Source of the DNA: Acholeplasma laidlawii PG-8A
GTDB lineage: Bacteria; Bacillota_I; Bacilli_A; Acholeplasmatales; Acholeplasmataceae
Length of the DNA stretch: 32,000 bases
NCBI RefSeq assembly: GCF_000018785.1
Contig: NC_010163.1
Location: forward strand, 1-32,000
Direction: 5' to 3'
The position numbers were made by a program, and so were the translations under genes. The notes beneath the pieces are model-generated. The model was not told the DNA's origin. It saw only the letters and a list, made by a program, of their open reading frames with translations, and ran no database searches. Below, piece after piece: positions 20,454 through 30,895 of this stretch. Positions within the stretch are counted from its first letter, which is position 1; the number at the start of each line of letters is the position of its first letter.

Positions 20454-20459
20454 TATAAT
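20454..20459 (+). promoter_or_regulatory. -10 element of spoVG
   Basis: TATAAT at 20454..20459 with TTGAAA at 20433..20438 upstream (spacer 15 nt, short). Confidence 0.5.
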
Positions 20460-20490
20460 ATTTTTGTATCAAACATCCGGGAGGGGCAAA

Positions 20491-20775
20491 GTGAAAATAA
20501 CAGACGTCAGAGTAAGACACGTAAGTAGTGACTCAAGATTAAAAGGTGTAGTAACAATTACATTTGAAGATGCATTCGTAGTGCATGACATACGAGTGAT
20601 TGAAGGTGAAAATGGATTATTCGTTGCAATGCCTAGCAAGAAGATGCCAAATGGCGGTTTCAGAGATATAGCACATCCAATACACGCGGATATGCGTAAA
20701 CAAATCGAAGATTCTATCATCAAAGCATATAAAGAAACACTTGATGCTGAAGCAACAGCTTCAGTTGAAGAATAA
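20491..20775 (+). CDS. spoVG: SpoVG-family RNA/DNA-binding regulator
   Basis: [54 protein letters not shown] start at 20491 chosen because GGGAGGGG precedes it; the track start (TTG 20464) is only 5 nt downstream of a -10 hexamer. Confidence 0.95.
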   Translation: MKITDVRVRHVSSDSRLKGVVTITFEDAFVVHDIRVIEGENGLFVAMPSKKMPNGGFRDIAHPIHADMRKQIEDSIIKAYKETLDAEATASVEE

Positions 20776-20835
20776 ACTAAAGAGTTAATAGGATTTAGAG
20801 GATAATTAGTACTCGCAAAACAGCATCAATCGAAG

Positions 20836-20859
20836 ATATTGCCATCGGCAATATTTTTT
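20836..20859 (+). terminator. Rho-independent terminator after spoVG
   Basis: ATATTGCC (20836..20843) pairs with GGCAATAT (20847..20854), followed by T residues. Confidence 0.85.
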
Positions 20860-20971
20860 GATTATAGAAAGAGACAACAATTCGCGTAAATGGTTGTTTT
20901 TTTCGCTTAGATGCTTTATTAAAACATAATTGATGATATAATGGAAATTAGAAAAGGGAGGCTTACTAACA

Positions 20972-21937
20972 ATGACTATAGATGAAAAAAAGGCTAAATT
21001 ATTTACACTTTCCGCTAATAAACCGCTAGCTGAAAAAATAGCTAAAAGTGCAGGAATTCCATTATCAAATGTTGAAGTTATTCGATTTGCTGATGGAGAG
21101 ATTACCGTTAACATTGAAGAATCTGTAAGAGGTAACCATGTTTTTGTGATTCAACCAACATCAGAACCAGCAAATGACCATTTAATGGAGGTATTGGTAT
21201 TAACGGATGCACTTAAGAGAGCATCTGCAGCATCTATTACAATCATCATGCCATATTTTGGTTATTCAAGACAAGATAGAAAAGTTAAGTCACGTCAACC
21301 AATTACCGCTAAATTAGTAGCTAACCTACTGACTGTAGCAGGTGTTGATCGTGTCGTAAGTATTGACTTACACGCGGCTCAAATTCAAGGTTTCTTTGAT
21401 ATTCCAATTGACAATTTCCCTGCTGCACCAACACTAGCTTCATATTTTAGAAGAAAAAAATTAGAAAACGTTGTTGTAGTATCTCCTGACCATGGTGGTG
21501 TGACACGTGCACGTGTATTTGCATCATTTTTTAATGCCCCACTTGCAATCATAGATAAGAGAAGACCTGAACCTAATAAGGCAGAGGTTATGAATATCAT
21601 TGGTGATGTAAAAGGTGCAACATGTATCATGATTGATGACATCATAGATACTGGTGGTACATTAATGGCTGGAGCAAATGCTTTAAAAGAAGCAGGTGCT
21701 AAAGAAGTATATGCAGCAGCAACACATGGTGTATTAACTTCTAATGCAACAGAAAGATTACAAAACTCAGTGATTAATGAGATTGTTATTACAGATACAA
21801 TCTACTTAGATCCAGCTAAAAATCAACCAAAACTTAAACAATTATCTATTGGTGCACTGTTAGGTGAAGCAATCATCCATATTTTACAAGACGAACCAAT
21901 CTCTCAAATCTTTAATAGAATTCAAGAGGATCAATAA
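20972..21937 (+). CDS. prs: Ribose-phosphate pyrophosphokinase
   Basis: [38 protein letters not shown] and [35 protein letters not shown]. Confidence 0.97.
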
Positions 21938-22512
21938 TGAAACTCATTGTCGGTTTAGGAAATCCCGGCAAACAATATGTTCAAACAAGACACAACATAG
22001 GTTTTATCGCTATAGACAAACTCTTAAGTTACCTAAATACGGAATTAAAAGTCGATTCAAAACTACAAGCAGCATACACTAAAACTAAAATTGAAGGTGA
22101 GGATGTTATCATCGCTAAACCACTGACCTACATGAATTTATCTGGTGATGCTGTTACAAAATTAATGAACTTCTATAAAATAGATGTAGAAGATATATTA
22201 GTTATCCTAGATGATACTGCATTACCTTTAGGCAAGATAAGAATACGCCAAACAGGTAGCCATGGTGGTCAAAATGGGTTAAAAGATATCATTAACAAAT
22301 TAGGAACTAAAGACTTTAAAAGATTAAGAATCGGTATTGGAGAACATGCCCATATGGACAAAGTAGACTATGTCCTTGGCAAGTTCTCAACAAATGAGTT
22401 AAATACGATACTACCTACGATTGAATATGTAAATGATGCCATCATTGAGTGGATTTCAACAAACAATTTTAATAACATCATGACCAAATACAACACCCCC
22501 CAGACTCTTTAG
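21937..22512 (+). CDS. pth: Peptidyl-tRNA hydrolase
   Basis: [36 protein letters not shown] and [17 protein letters not shown]. Confidence 0.96.
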
Positions 22513-22518
22513 TCTGGG
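22499..22518 (+). terminator. Terminator-like hairpin overlapping the pth stop codon
   Basis: CCCAGACT (22499..22506) pairs with AGTCTGGG (22511..22518), followed by CTTTATC. TAG stop at 22510..22512 is inside the structure. Confidence 0.5.
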
Positions 22519-22547
22519 CTTTATCACGTGCAAAAAGGAAGCATTTT

Positions 22548-25500
22548 ATGACTAAAAATTTATTAAACTCCATATATAAAGATGCCGCCATTTTAAACGC
22601 CAGAACAGGTGATTTTAAAGGTGTATCCCATAGCTATCTACAGACAATGCTTTCGCTTAGATATGATATTTCTAATAAAAATATTTTTGTAGTTTTACCA
22701 AATCTATATGAGGCACAAAAATACTATGATACGTTATCTTCTATTATTGATGAAAGTAAAGTATTGTTTTATCCAATGGATCAAACACTAACCTCCATGA
22801 TGGCGTTAGGGTCTCCTGAGTTTAAAAACGAGCGTCTATTTACTTTAAGAAAACTTTTACAAGCAGATGATAAGTATATCATCATCACCACTCAAGAAGG
22901 TATTTTACACAGACAATTAAAGCCTGAAGATTATGAGCGTAGTGTTAAAAAAATAAGTGTTAATCAAGATTACGATCTTACTGACCTTACAAAAAAACTA
23001 ATATATGATGGCTATCAGTTTAACTATACAGTAGAACGACCAGGCGAGTTTTCTATTAGAGGTTCTATATTAGATATCTATACACATGATTATAAAGATC
23101 CTTACCGTCTAGACTTTTTTGGTGATACCTTAGAATCAATAAAGACATTTGATGTACAAACTCAAAAAAGTATGAATCATATTACATCCATAGACATTGC
23201 CCCATTAAATGAATTATTTTATACGGATGAATTAAAAGAACAGGCACTTGAAAAAATAAGTAAATATTTTAGTGGCTTTAAATTATCTGAAAAAGAAGAT
23301 AAAAAGTTAGAAACTGATCTTATGCATATTGAAGAACGTAAACGTATGGATAGTCTATCTATGTATATAGAGTTCTTTAATGATGAAGTGACAACCATTT
23401 TAGATTTTAGTAACCCATATGACTTAATACTTGTTGATAGTTATAAGATGGAACTGAATGAAGAAACAACGTATCAAGATTTATTAACCTATAGTCATAC
23501 CATGCAAGGAGAGGCATTCATAGGTTTAAACTTTAAAGTAAAATTAAAAGAACTACTGAAGAAAAATCATTTATCATTTCAAATATATTCAGTATCTGAT
23601 AAACCATCTACTGATTTAGGTGTTTTAGATGTGGATCCATTTGTAGGACATTTAGAACAACTGATCTTATTTATAAATGAATATAACGGATTTAATATAC
23701 TCATATCTACTAAGACTATGGTATCTTTTGAACGTATTAAAGAGCATTTAACGAATCACAAGATAAGTTATAGTGTCAACCAGTTTAAAGACGCAATGGT
23801 TGTATTAGTGGAAGAAGATTTACCGGGATCATTTATTGATCTAAATCATAAATTTATCATCTTAACTGAAGATACTATCTTAGATACTAAGAAAAAAGCT
23901 AAGGTCAGATACCGCTCAGTTATTAACCAAGCCGTAAAAATTAGAGATATCTCAGAACTACAAAATGGTGATTATGTTGTGCACTATGATTTTGGTATTG
24001 GTCAATACATTGGTCTAAAGACAATGACTTTATCTGGAGATAAAAGAGATTATCTACATATTGTTTATGATAAAGATGAGGCACTTTATGTACCAACAGA
24101 TCAAATTGATTTAGTTTTAAAATATAAAAGTTATGATCAAGTTAAACCTAAACTATCTAAGTTAAACGCTAAACAATGGAGTAAAACCAAAGCTCAAGTC
24201 AAACAAAAGATTAAAGACTTATCGGATAGACTACTCAATCTTTATGCCAAAAGACATCAAGCAGAAGGATATCAGTTTAGTCCTAGAACAGATATGTTAA
24301 CTTCTTTTGAAAAAGACTTTAATTATGATGAAACCATTGACCAACAAAAAGCGATTGATGCCGTATTTGAAGATATGGAAAGTTCTAAACCTATGGATAG
24401 ACTTATTGCTGGGGATGTTGGTTATGGTAAAACAGAAGTGGCACTTCGTGCAGCCTTTAAAGCTGTTGTAGATGCCAAACAAGTTGCTTACCTAGTACCG
24501 ACTACGGTACTGGCTAGACAACACTATTTAACCTTTAAAGACAGGTTTGAAAAGTATGGTGGAAGTGTTGCACTACTTTCTAGATATGTTAGTAAAAGGG
24601 AACAAAAAGAAGTGCTAGAAAAAATAGCTAAGGGTTATATTGATGTCGTTATCGGAACACACAGATTATTAAGTGATGACATTGTCTTTAAAGATTTAGG
24701 TTTATTTATTATCGATGAGGAACAACGCTTTGGGGTTCAACATAAAGAAAAAATTAAAGAAATTAAAGTGAATGTGGATACCCTAACTTTATCTGCAACA
24801 CCTATTCCAAGAACGCTTCAAATGGCCATGTACGGGCTTAAGGACCTATCTATGATTGATACACCGCCTTTAAATAGATATCCCGTACAAACCTATGTTG
24901 TTGAAAGACAACCTGCATTAATTAAAGAAGCTATTGATAGAGAACTATCACGAGGTGGACAAGTATTTTATTTATTTAATAATACAGAGCGCATGGAAGC
25001 TCAAGTATTAAAACTACAACAACTTGTACCAAATGCAAGAATTACATATGCACATGGTAAGATGACGAAAAATAGAATTGAAGATACACTGTCTAGATTC
25101 GTTGAAAAAGAATTTGATATTTTAGTTTCAACGACTATTATAGAAACAGGTGTAGATATACCAAACACCAATACACTTATTATCCATGATGCCGATCACT
25201 TAGGTCTTGCACAACTCTATCAATTACGTGGACGTGTAGGTAGATCAGATAGAATTGCTTATGCGTATTTAATGTTTGATGGCTATAAAGATGTAAATGA
25301 TGAAGCCAAGAAACGTTTATCTGTTATTGAAGACTTTACCGATTTAGGTTCAGGGTTTAAAATTGCACTAAGAGATTTAGGTATTCGTGGTGCAGGTGAT
25401 ATTTTAGGTGAAGAACAATCAGGGTTTATTGATTCAGTAGGTATGGACCTGTATATGAAACTTCTTGATGAAGTTATGACGGGTAAAGCATATGAATCTC

Positions 25501-25979
25501 CTAAGACAGATACGGTTGATCAAGTATTTTCAAAAAGACACATACCGCCTACATATATTAATCATGACCCGGTCAGAATTGAAATACATAAAAGAATTGC
25601 TTCTTTAAATAAGATGCAAGATTTAGAAGATTTAAAACAAGAATTACTAGATAGATTCGGTCCAATTGATATAGATTTGATGACCTATATGTATGAGAAA
25701 CTTTATAAGAAGTTAGGACATCAAGTCGGTATTGAAAAAACTGTGCATGAAAAAGATTTCGTTAAAATGGTCATATCCTTAGAAAAAAGTGAACTTATAG
25801 ATGGTATGAGACTACTTTATGTAGCCTCCAAATCTAAGATGAATATCAGACTTGGACAATCCAGAGGACATGTTGAAATCAACATGTCTACTAAACATGA
25901 AACAAAACACTGGCTATATTTAGCATGTGAATTATTAGAAATGTATATTGACTCAAAGGAGATAACAATTAATGAGTGA
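22548..25979 (+). CDS. mfd: Transcription-repair coupling factor
   Basis: 1143-aa ORF with RNAP-interaction region, helicase motifs RLIAGDVGYGKTEVALRAAFKA, LFIIDEEQRFGVQHKE, LTLSATPIPRTLQMAM and TRG motif YQLRGRVGRSDRIAYAY. Confidence 0.97.
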   Translation: MTKNLLNSIYKDAAILNARTGDFKGVSHSYLQTMLSLRYDISNKNIFVVLPNLYEAQKYYDTLSSIIDESKVLFYPMDQTLTSMMALGSPEFKNERLFTLRKLLQADDKYIIITTQEGILHRQLKPEDYERSVKKISVNQDYDLTDLTKKLIYDGYQFNYTVERPGEFSIRGSILDIYTHDYKDPYRLDFFGDTLESIKTFDVQTQKSMNHITSIDIAPLNELFYTDELKEQALEKISKYFSGFKLSEKEDKKLETDLMHIEERKRMDSLSMYIEFFNDEVTTILDFSNPYDLILVDSYKMELNEETTYQDLLTYSHTMQGEAFIGLNFKVKLKELLKKNHLSFQIYSVSDKPSTDLGVLDVDPFVGHLEQLILFINEYNGFNILISTKTMVSFERIKEHLTNHKISYSVNQFKDAMVVLVEEDLPGSFIDLNHKFIILTEDTILDTKKKAKVRYRSVINQAVKIRDISELQNGDYVVHYDFGIGQYIGLKTMTLSGDKRDYLHIVYDKDEALYVPTDQIDLVLKYKSYDQVKPKLSKLNAKQWSKTKAQVKQKIKDLSDRLLNLYAKRHQAEGYQFSPRTDMLTSFEKDFNYDETIDQQKAIDAVFEDMESSKPMDRLIAGDVGYGKTEVALRAAFKAVVDAKQVAYLVPTTVLARQHYLTFKDRFEKYGGSVALLSRYVSKREQKEVLEKIAKGYIDVVIGTHRLLSDDIVFKDLGLFIIDEEQRFGVQHKEKIKEIKVNVDTLTLSATPIPRTLQMAMYGLKDLSMIDTPPLNRYPVQTYVVERQPALIKEAIDRELSRGGQVFYLFNNTERMEAQVLKLQQLVPNARITYAHGKMTKNRIEDTLSRFVEKEFDILVSTTIIETGVDIPNTNTLIIHDADHLGLAQLYQLRGRVGRSDRIAYAYLMFDGYKDVNDEAKKRLSVIEDFTDLGSGFKIALRDLGIRGAGDILGEEQSGFIDSVGMDLYMKLLDEVMTGKAYESPKTDTVDQVFSKRHIPPTYINHDPVRIEIHKRIASLNKMQDLEDLKQELLDRFGPIDIDLMTYMYEKLYKKLGHQVGIEKTVHEKDFVKMVISLEKSELIDGMRLLYVASKSKMNIRLGQSRGHVEINMSTKHETKHWLYLACELLEMYIDSKEITINE

Positions 25980-27159
25980 TGTAGGTGTTGTAGCACGAGG
26001 TATACGTACCCCGATTATTCGTAGTGGTAATGATGTAAGTCAAATTGTAGTAGATTCAATTATGAAGGCTTCAAAAACAGATAACTTTAACTTTGATGAT
26101 AAGGACATTATCGCTGTGACAGAAGCTGTTGTAAGTATTGCACAAGGAAATTATGCAACACTTGATCAAATAGCTTATGATGTGAAAGAAAAGTTTCATA
26201 CAAAACATATAGGATTAGTGTTTCCAATTTTATCTAGAAACCGTTTTGCAAGTCCGCTTCGTGCTATTGCACGTGCAATGGACAAATTAACCATTTTATT
26301 AAGCTATCCTAAAGATGAAGTAGGTAATAGTATATTATATGAGAAAGACCTAGAAAGACTTGGCATCAATCCATATGATACTATCATCGATGAAGCAACC
26401 TATCAAAAAGAATTTAGCCATTTTAAACACCCGTTTACGGGTGTCAATATGGTTCAATATTATAAAGACATTATAGAAAAAGAAAACTGTGAAGTTAGCT
26501 TTGTATTTTCAAATAATCCAGAAGATATTTTGAAGTATACAAGCGAAGTATTAGTATGTGATATCCATACTAGAATAGCTACAAAAGAAAGACTAAAAAG
26601 CCATCAAGCAAGTAAAGTCTTAGGGCTAGATGATTTATTAAATAAACCAGTATTGAACTCAGGGTTTAATGAAGTCTATGGTCTATATGGATCAAATGCT
26701 GCTGGAAGTGAAAGTGTCAAGTTATTTCCTCATCATAATGATCTAATAGTTTATGATATTCAAAAGAAATTTAAAGCGTTAACTGGGAAACATGTAGAAG
26801 TATTAATTTACGGAGACGGGGCCTTTAAAGACCCGGTTGGTGGTATTTGGGAGTTGGCAGACCCTGTTGTGAGTCCTTCTTATACAAAAGGCTTAGAAGG
26901 TACACCAAACGAAATTAAACTTAAATATATGTCAGATGATAAATATAAAGATTTATCTGGTGATGCACTTAAAAGTGCAATCATTAGTGAAATTAGTCAA
27001 AAATCAAATACGTTAACGGATGATGCCAAATTAGGTACTACACCAAGAAGATATGTGGATTTAATTGGATCACTTTGTGATTTAGTAACCGGTAGTGGCG
27101 ATAAGGGTACACCGGTCGTATATATCAAAAACTATTTTAAAAACATTTCTGATAAATAA
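25972..27159 (+). CDS. Coenzyme F420-0:L-glutamate ligase (CofE/FbiB-like) family protein, actual substrate unknown
   Basis: 395-aa ORF with ARGIRTPIIRSGNDVSQIVVDSIMKA, DIIAVTEAVVSIAQGNYATLDQIA and VEVLIYGDGAFKDPVGGIWELADPVVSP, resembling the CofE ligase fold. Confidence 0.7.
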   Translation: MSDVGVVARGIRTPIIRSGNDVSQIVVDSIMKASKTDNFNFDDKDIIAVTEAVVSIAQGNYATLDQIAYDVKEKFHTKHIGLVFPILSRNRFASPLRAIARAMDKLTILLSYPKDEVGNSILYEKDLERLGINPYDTIIDEATYQKEFSHFKHPFTGVNMVQYYKDIIEKENCEVSFVFSNNPEDILKYTSEVLVCDIHTRIATKERLKSHQASKVLGLDDLLNKPVLNSGFNEVYGLYGSNAAGSESVKLFPHHNDLIVYDIQKKFKALTGKHVEVLIYGDGAFKDPVGGIWELADPVVSPSYTKGLEGTPNEIKLKYMSDDKYKDLSGDALKSAIISEISQKSNTLTDDAKLGTTPRRYVDLIGSLCDLVTGSGDKGTPVVYIKNYFKNISDK

Positions 27160-27231
27160 CCACAAAAGTTACGTAATCATAATACATGCTAAAATGATAT
27201 ATATAAATATGTTTTAGCGAAGGAGAATCTA

Positions 27232-28413
27232 ATGTCTAAAATTGATATATTAAAAATTGCTAAATCAGCACAAATAGCAAAGTCTAAAAATGAGCATGTC
27301 ATTGATGCTACAATCGGCATGTTTTATAATGATGACTCTAAACTCATCATACCAGCAGTAGAAAAAGCATATTATGATCTAGATTTACTAGATGCATTTA
27401 AATATGGTGCTACCGATGGTGGGCCTATGTTTGTAGAAAACGTCATAGATTGGGTATTAGATGATAAAAGAAAATCAGTGGAAGAAAAGTTTTTAATAGG
27501 AGCACTATCTACACCGGGTGGTAGTGGTGCAATTTCACTTATTTTTAATACCTATGGTCATGTCGGTGATAAAGTCTTAGTACCGAATTTAAGATGGCGT
27601 TATGAATACTTTTTGAATGCAGCTAAGCTTAAAGTGCATGAGCATAATATGTTTAAGGGTGACGGATTTGATTTGGAAGATTTTAAAACACAATTAAACT
27701 ATTTAACCAGTATTCAAAAGCGTGTGATTGTTGTTATTAACGATCCATGTCATAATCCAACAGGTTTTAGCTTATCAGATAAAGAGTGGCAAAGTATCAT
27801 TGAAATACTAAATAGTTTTGATAAGAATGAACTTATTTTAGTCTACGATATAGCCTACTTTGATTATGATCCTAAAGGTTTTAAAAATGCTAGAAATAAC
27901 TTCTTAGCATTTAAACAACTGAAACCACACGTTCAAGTATTAACCGCCTTTAGTGCATCTAAATCATTTGCAATGTATGGCGTAAGACTAGGTGGTTTAT
28001 TAGGTTTATTTCATACAAAGGAACAACAAGCATTCTTTAAAGTTCACGTTCTTGAAGATGCACTTGGTAAATGGTCAACAGCACCATCTGTAGGTGTAGG
28101 TATCTTTAATAAACTTGCTACTAAAAAAGATGAATATGTTCAGTACTTAATTACACTCACATCAACACTTAAACAAAGAGGTGAGATATTCATTAAAGAA
28201 GCCTTAGAAAATAATTTAGATATCTATCCTTATAGAGGCGGATTCTTTGTTTTAGTAAAATCAAATAATCCAGAAAAAGATTATGAAAAACTAATAGATG
28301 ATAACATCTACCTTATTCCTATGGAAAAAGGGCTTAGAGTGGCGCTTTGCGGGATAACTACTAAAGAAGTTATAGGTCTTGCAAAACGTATTAAAAATGT
28401 TGTAGGAGCGTAA
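27232..28413 (+). CDS. PLP-dependent class I/II aminotransferase
   Basis: 393-aa ORF with INDPCHNPTGFSLSDKEW, LVYDIAYFDYD and probable PLP-lysine motif SASKSFAMYGVRLGGL. Confidence 0.9.
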   Translation: MSKIDILKIAKSAQIAKSKNEHVIDATIGMFYNDDSKLIIPAVEKAYYDLDLLDAFKYGATDGGPMFVENVIDWVLDDKRKSVEEKFLIGALSTPGGSGAISLIFNTYGHVGDKVLVPNLRWRYEYFLNAAKLKVHEHNMFKGDGFDLEDFKTQLNYLTSIQKRVIVVINDPCHNPTGFSLSDKEWQSIIEILNSFDKNELILVYDIAYFDYDPKGFKNARNNFLAFKQLKPHVQVLTAFSASKSFAMYGVRLGGLLGLFHTKEQQAFFKVHVLEDALGKWSTAPSVGVGIFNKLATKKDEYVQYLITLTSTLKQRGEIFIKEALENNLDIYPYRGGFFVLVKSNNPEKDYEKLIDDNIYLIPMEKGLRVALCGITTKEVIGLAKRIKNVVGA

Positions 28414-28418
28414 CAAGT

Positions 28419-29027
28419 ATGAGCCAATTAAAACGTATGCTAAGTGGTGAACTCTATATGGCTGAAGGCGAAGAGTTAGGCAAAATAAGAGATAATATGC
28501 TTGATAAACTTTATCAGTATAACCATGCACACTATAACAATCACAAACTAAGAGATGAACTTATTAAAGAGATTCTTGGCGGTTATAAAGATAAATTAAA
28601 AATTACACCACCGGTTTATTTTGATTATGGTAAACATACTTTTGTAGGAAAGAATTTCTATGCTAATTTTGATTGTATTTTCTTAGATGTAAATACAATC
28701 ACCATTGGAGACAATGTCATGTTTGGTCCACGTGTTGGATTATATACTGCAGGACATCCAATTGATAAAGATGTAAGAATTACAGGTTTAGAATATGGTC
28801 TACCAATCACCATCGGTAACAACGTATGGATTGGTGGTAATGTAGTTGTAATGCCTGGTGTACATATTGGAGATAATACCATCATTGGAAGTGGTAGTGT
28901 TGTAACTAAAGATATACCAAGTGATGTGATTGCTGCTGGAAACCCATGTAAAGTTATAAGAAAAATCACAACAGAAGATAAGATCTATTGGGAAGGTAAG
29001 AAGAAAATATATGAAGAAAGTTTTTAA
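28419..29027 (+). CDS. Sugar (maltose/galactoside-type) O-acetyltransferase, left-handed beta-helix
   Basis: MLSGELYMAEGEELGKIRDNMLDKLYQYN, FDYGKHTFVGKNFYANFDCIFLDV and hexapeptide repeats GNNVWIGGNVVVMPGVHIGDNTIIGSGSVVTKDIP. Confidence 0.92.
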   Translation: MSQLKRMLSGELYMAEGEELGKIRDNMLDKLYQYNHAHYNNHKLRDELIKEILGGYKDKLKITPPVYFDYGKHTFVGKNFYANFDCIFLDVNTITIGDNVMFGPRVGLYTAGHPIDKDVRITGLEYGLPITIGNNVWIGGNVVVMPGVHIGDNTIIGSGSVVTKDIPSDVIAAGNPCKVIRKITTEDKIYWEGKKKIYEESF

Positions 29028-29313
29028 TATCTTAAGATATGTTCACATCATCTTAACTGTAGTTACGATACTTAGTTTTTTCTTATATTTAATTTACTTT
29101 AAAACAGATTATAAAAATGTGACTGCAATCCTTGTTGCTACAACATACCTTAATTTTGTCGTATCTTTAATATTTTTTATACCGGTTATAACGTTCATGA
29201 TTAAATTTAGAGATGAAAGAGAAAATTCACCTTATTTAATGAGTTATGTGATTTATGTTGTAAGTACCATCGCATCTATTATGTTAATGCCCCTGATTCA
29301 AAGTTTCTTTTAA
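29011..29313 (+). CDS. Small predicted membrane protein, function unknown
   Basis: 100-aa ORF with three hydrophobic segments; overlaps the acetyltransferase gene by 17 nt. Confidence 0.65.
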   Translation: MKKVFNILRYVHIILTVVTILSFFLYLIYFKTDYKNVTAILVATTYLNFVVSLIFFIPVITFMIKFRDERENSPYLMSYVIYVVSTIASIMLMPLIQSFF

Positions 29314-29332
29314 TTATTAAAAGGAGTTTAAA

Positions 29333-30841
29333 ATGAGAAGGTTTATAAATTTACTAACGAATAGACTTACAATCATTGGACTAATTTTGTTACTTCAAAT
29401 TGGTATTTTATGGTGGTTTGTCTATGAGTTTGCAGCAACCTGGTATTACCTTCATCTTGTATCTATGATACTTGGTGTGATATTAAGTTTATATATTATT
29501 ACAACCGATGAAAATCCGATGTTTAAATTGATGTGGGTGGTATTTATGATTGTGCTACCTGTGTTTGGTGTACTCTTTTACTTATACGCCAAAACAGAAA
29601 GACTATCTATCTCTTCTTCATCAACCATGAGGCGGATGCAAAAGGTAAGAGAAAATGAGATGCGAAAAATTAAATCCGTTTTTGACCCTAAGTACTTAAA
29701 ACAACAAAAATACCTAACCAATTTAAATTTCCCATCTTTTAAAAACACATCTTCCATTTTTTTAGGTAGTGGTGAAGAAAAACAAACTGAACTTTTAAGA
29801 GAACTTAAAAAAGCAAAACACTTCATCTTCATGGAATACTTTATTATCACGATTTCTAAGATGTGGGATGAAATATTACAGGTTCTTATAGAAAAACAAA
29901 AACAAGGTGTGGAAATCAGAATCATGTATGATGATTTTGGTTCTGCAACCAAACTTCCATTTTATTATCATAAAAAGTTAACTAAAATGGGAATTAAAGT
30001 TGTTCGTTTTAACCCGATGAAACTACACGTGAACTTTGCTATGAATTTTAGAGATCATAGAAAAATTGTAGTTATAGATAATAGAGTAGCCTTTACTGGT
30101 GGATTTAATATAGGAGATGAATATACAAATAAGAAAAAAGTATTTGGTCACTGGAATGATGCTGGTATCATGATTGAAGGTGAAGCTGTTTGGAGTATGA
30201 CAATGCTCTTTTTAGAAAACTGGTCGTTTTCTAAAAAAGATGATACAACTGATTTTTCAAAATATAACATCAAATATCCACCAATTATAAATGATGCAAT
30301 CTATATTCCGTTTGGAGATATCCCGGTAGATAATAATCTAACAGCTAAAAATATATATCTACACTTAATTAATGATGCACAGCAGACAATTTATATTACT
30401 GCACCGTACTTAATTTTAGATAATGAAATCGCAACCGCACTTAAACTAGCCGCTCAAAGTGGTGTCGATGTACACATCATTATGCCAAGTATACCGGATA
30501 AGAGATTTGTATATATGGTGTCAAAATCATATGCGGAAGAACTTGTTCATAGCGGAGTTAAAATTTATAGATATAAACCAGGGTTTATCCACTCTAAGAT
30601 GATTATTTGTGATAAAGAAGCAGCGATGATTGGATCAAGTAATTTAGACTTTAGAAGCTTATACATGCACTTAGAAAACAACTTATGGTTGAATGATATA
30701 AAAACTATTTCTAATATGGTTAATTATTATGAATACACACTCAAAGAAAGTGAACGTATTACAATCAAAGACTTCACTAAGAGAAATATTATCTATAGAG
30801 TAGTACAGGCAGTATTAAAGGGTTTCTCGCCATTATTATAA
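29333..30841 (+). CDS. cls: Cardiolipin synthase (phospholipase D superfamily)
   Basis: 502-aa ORF with N-terminal TM segments and two HKD motifs, FRDHRKIVVIDNRVAFTGGFNIGDEY and GFIHSKMIICDKEAAMIGSSNLDFRSLYMHLENN. Confidence 0.93.
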   Translation: MRRFINLLTNRLTIIGLILLLQIGILWWFVYEFAATWYYLHLVSMILGVILSLYIITTDENPMFKLMWVVFMIVLPVFGVLFYLYAKTERLSISSSSTMRRMQKVRENEMRKIKSVFDPKYLKQQKYLTNLNFPSFKNTSSIFLGSGEEKQTELLRELKKAKHFIFMEYFIITISKMWDEILQVLIEKQKQGVEIRIMYDDFGSATKLPFYYHKKLTKMGIKVVRFNPMKLHVNFAMNFRDHRKIVVIDNRVAFTGGFNIGDEYTNKKKVFGHWNDAGIMIEGEAVWSMTMLFLENWSFSKKDDTTDFSKYNIKYPPIINDAIYIPFGDIPVDNNLTAKNIYLHLINDAQQTIYITAPYLILDNEIATALKLAAQSGVDVHIIMPSIPDKRFVYMVSKSYAEELVHSGVKIYRYKPGFIHSKMIICDKEAAMIGSSNLDFRSLYMHLENNLWLNDIKTISNMVNYYEYTLKESERITIKDFTKRNIIYRVVQAVLKGFSPLL

Positions 30842-30895
30842 AATGAATATATTAAGCTATTATAAAGAAATAACCTTATACGAGGGGATTTAAGA

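Noticed and set aside
20871-20903. Second terminator (ACAAC...GTTGT plus T run) upstream of prs
   Set aside because: Only about 5 bp of pairing is visible, so it is weaker than the adjacent terminator at 20836..20859 and may be incidental.
20806-21114. Minus-strand ORF spanning the spoVG-prs gap
   Set aside because: Covers a clear terminator, the prs promoter/RBS and the 5' part of prs. Low-complexity translation with no domain features.
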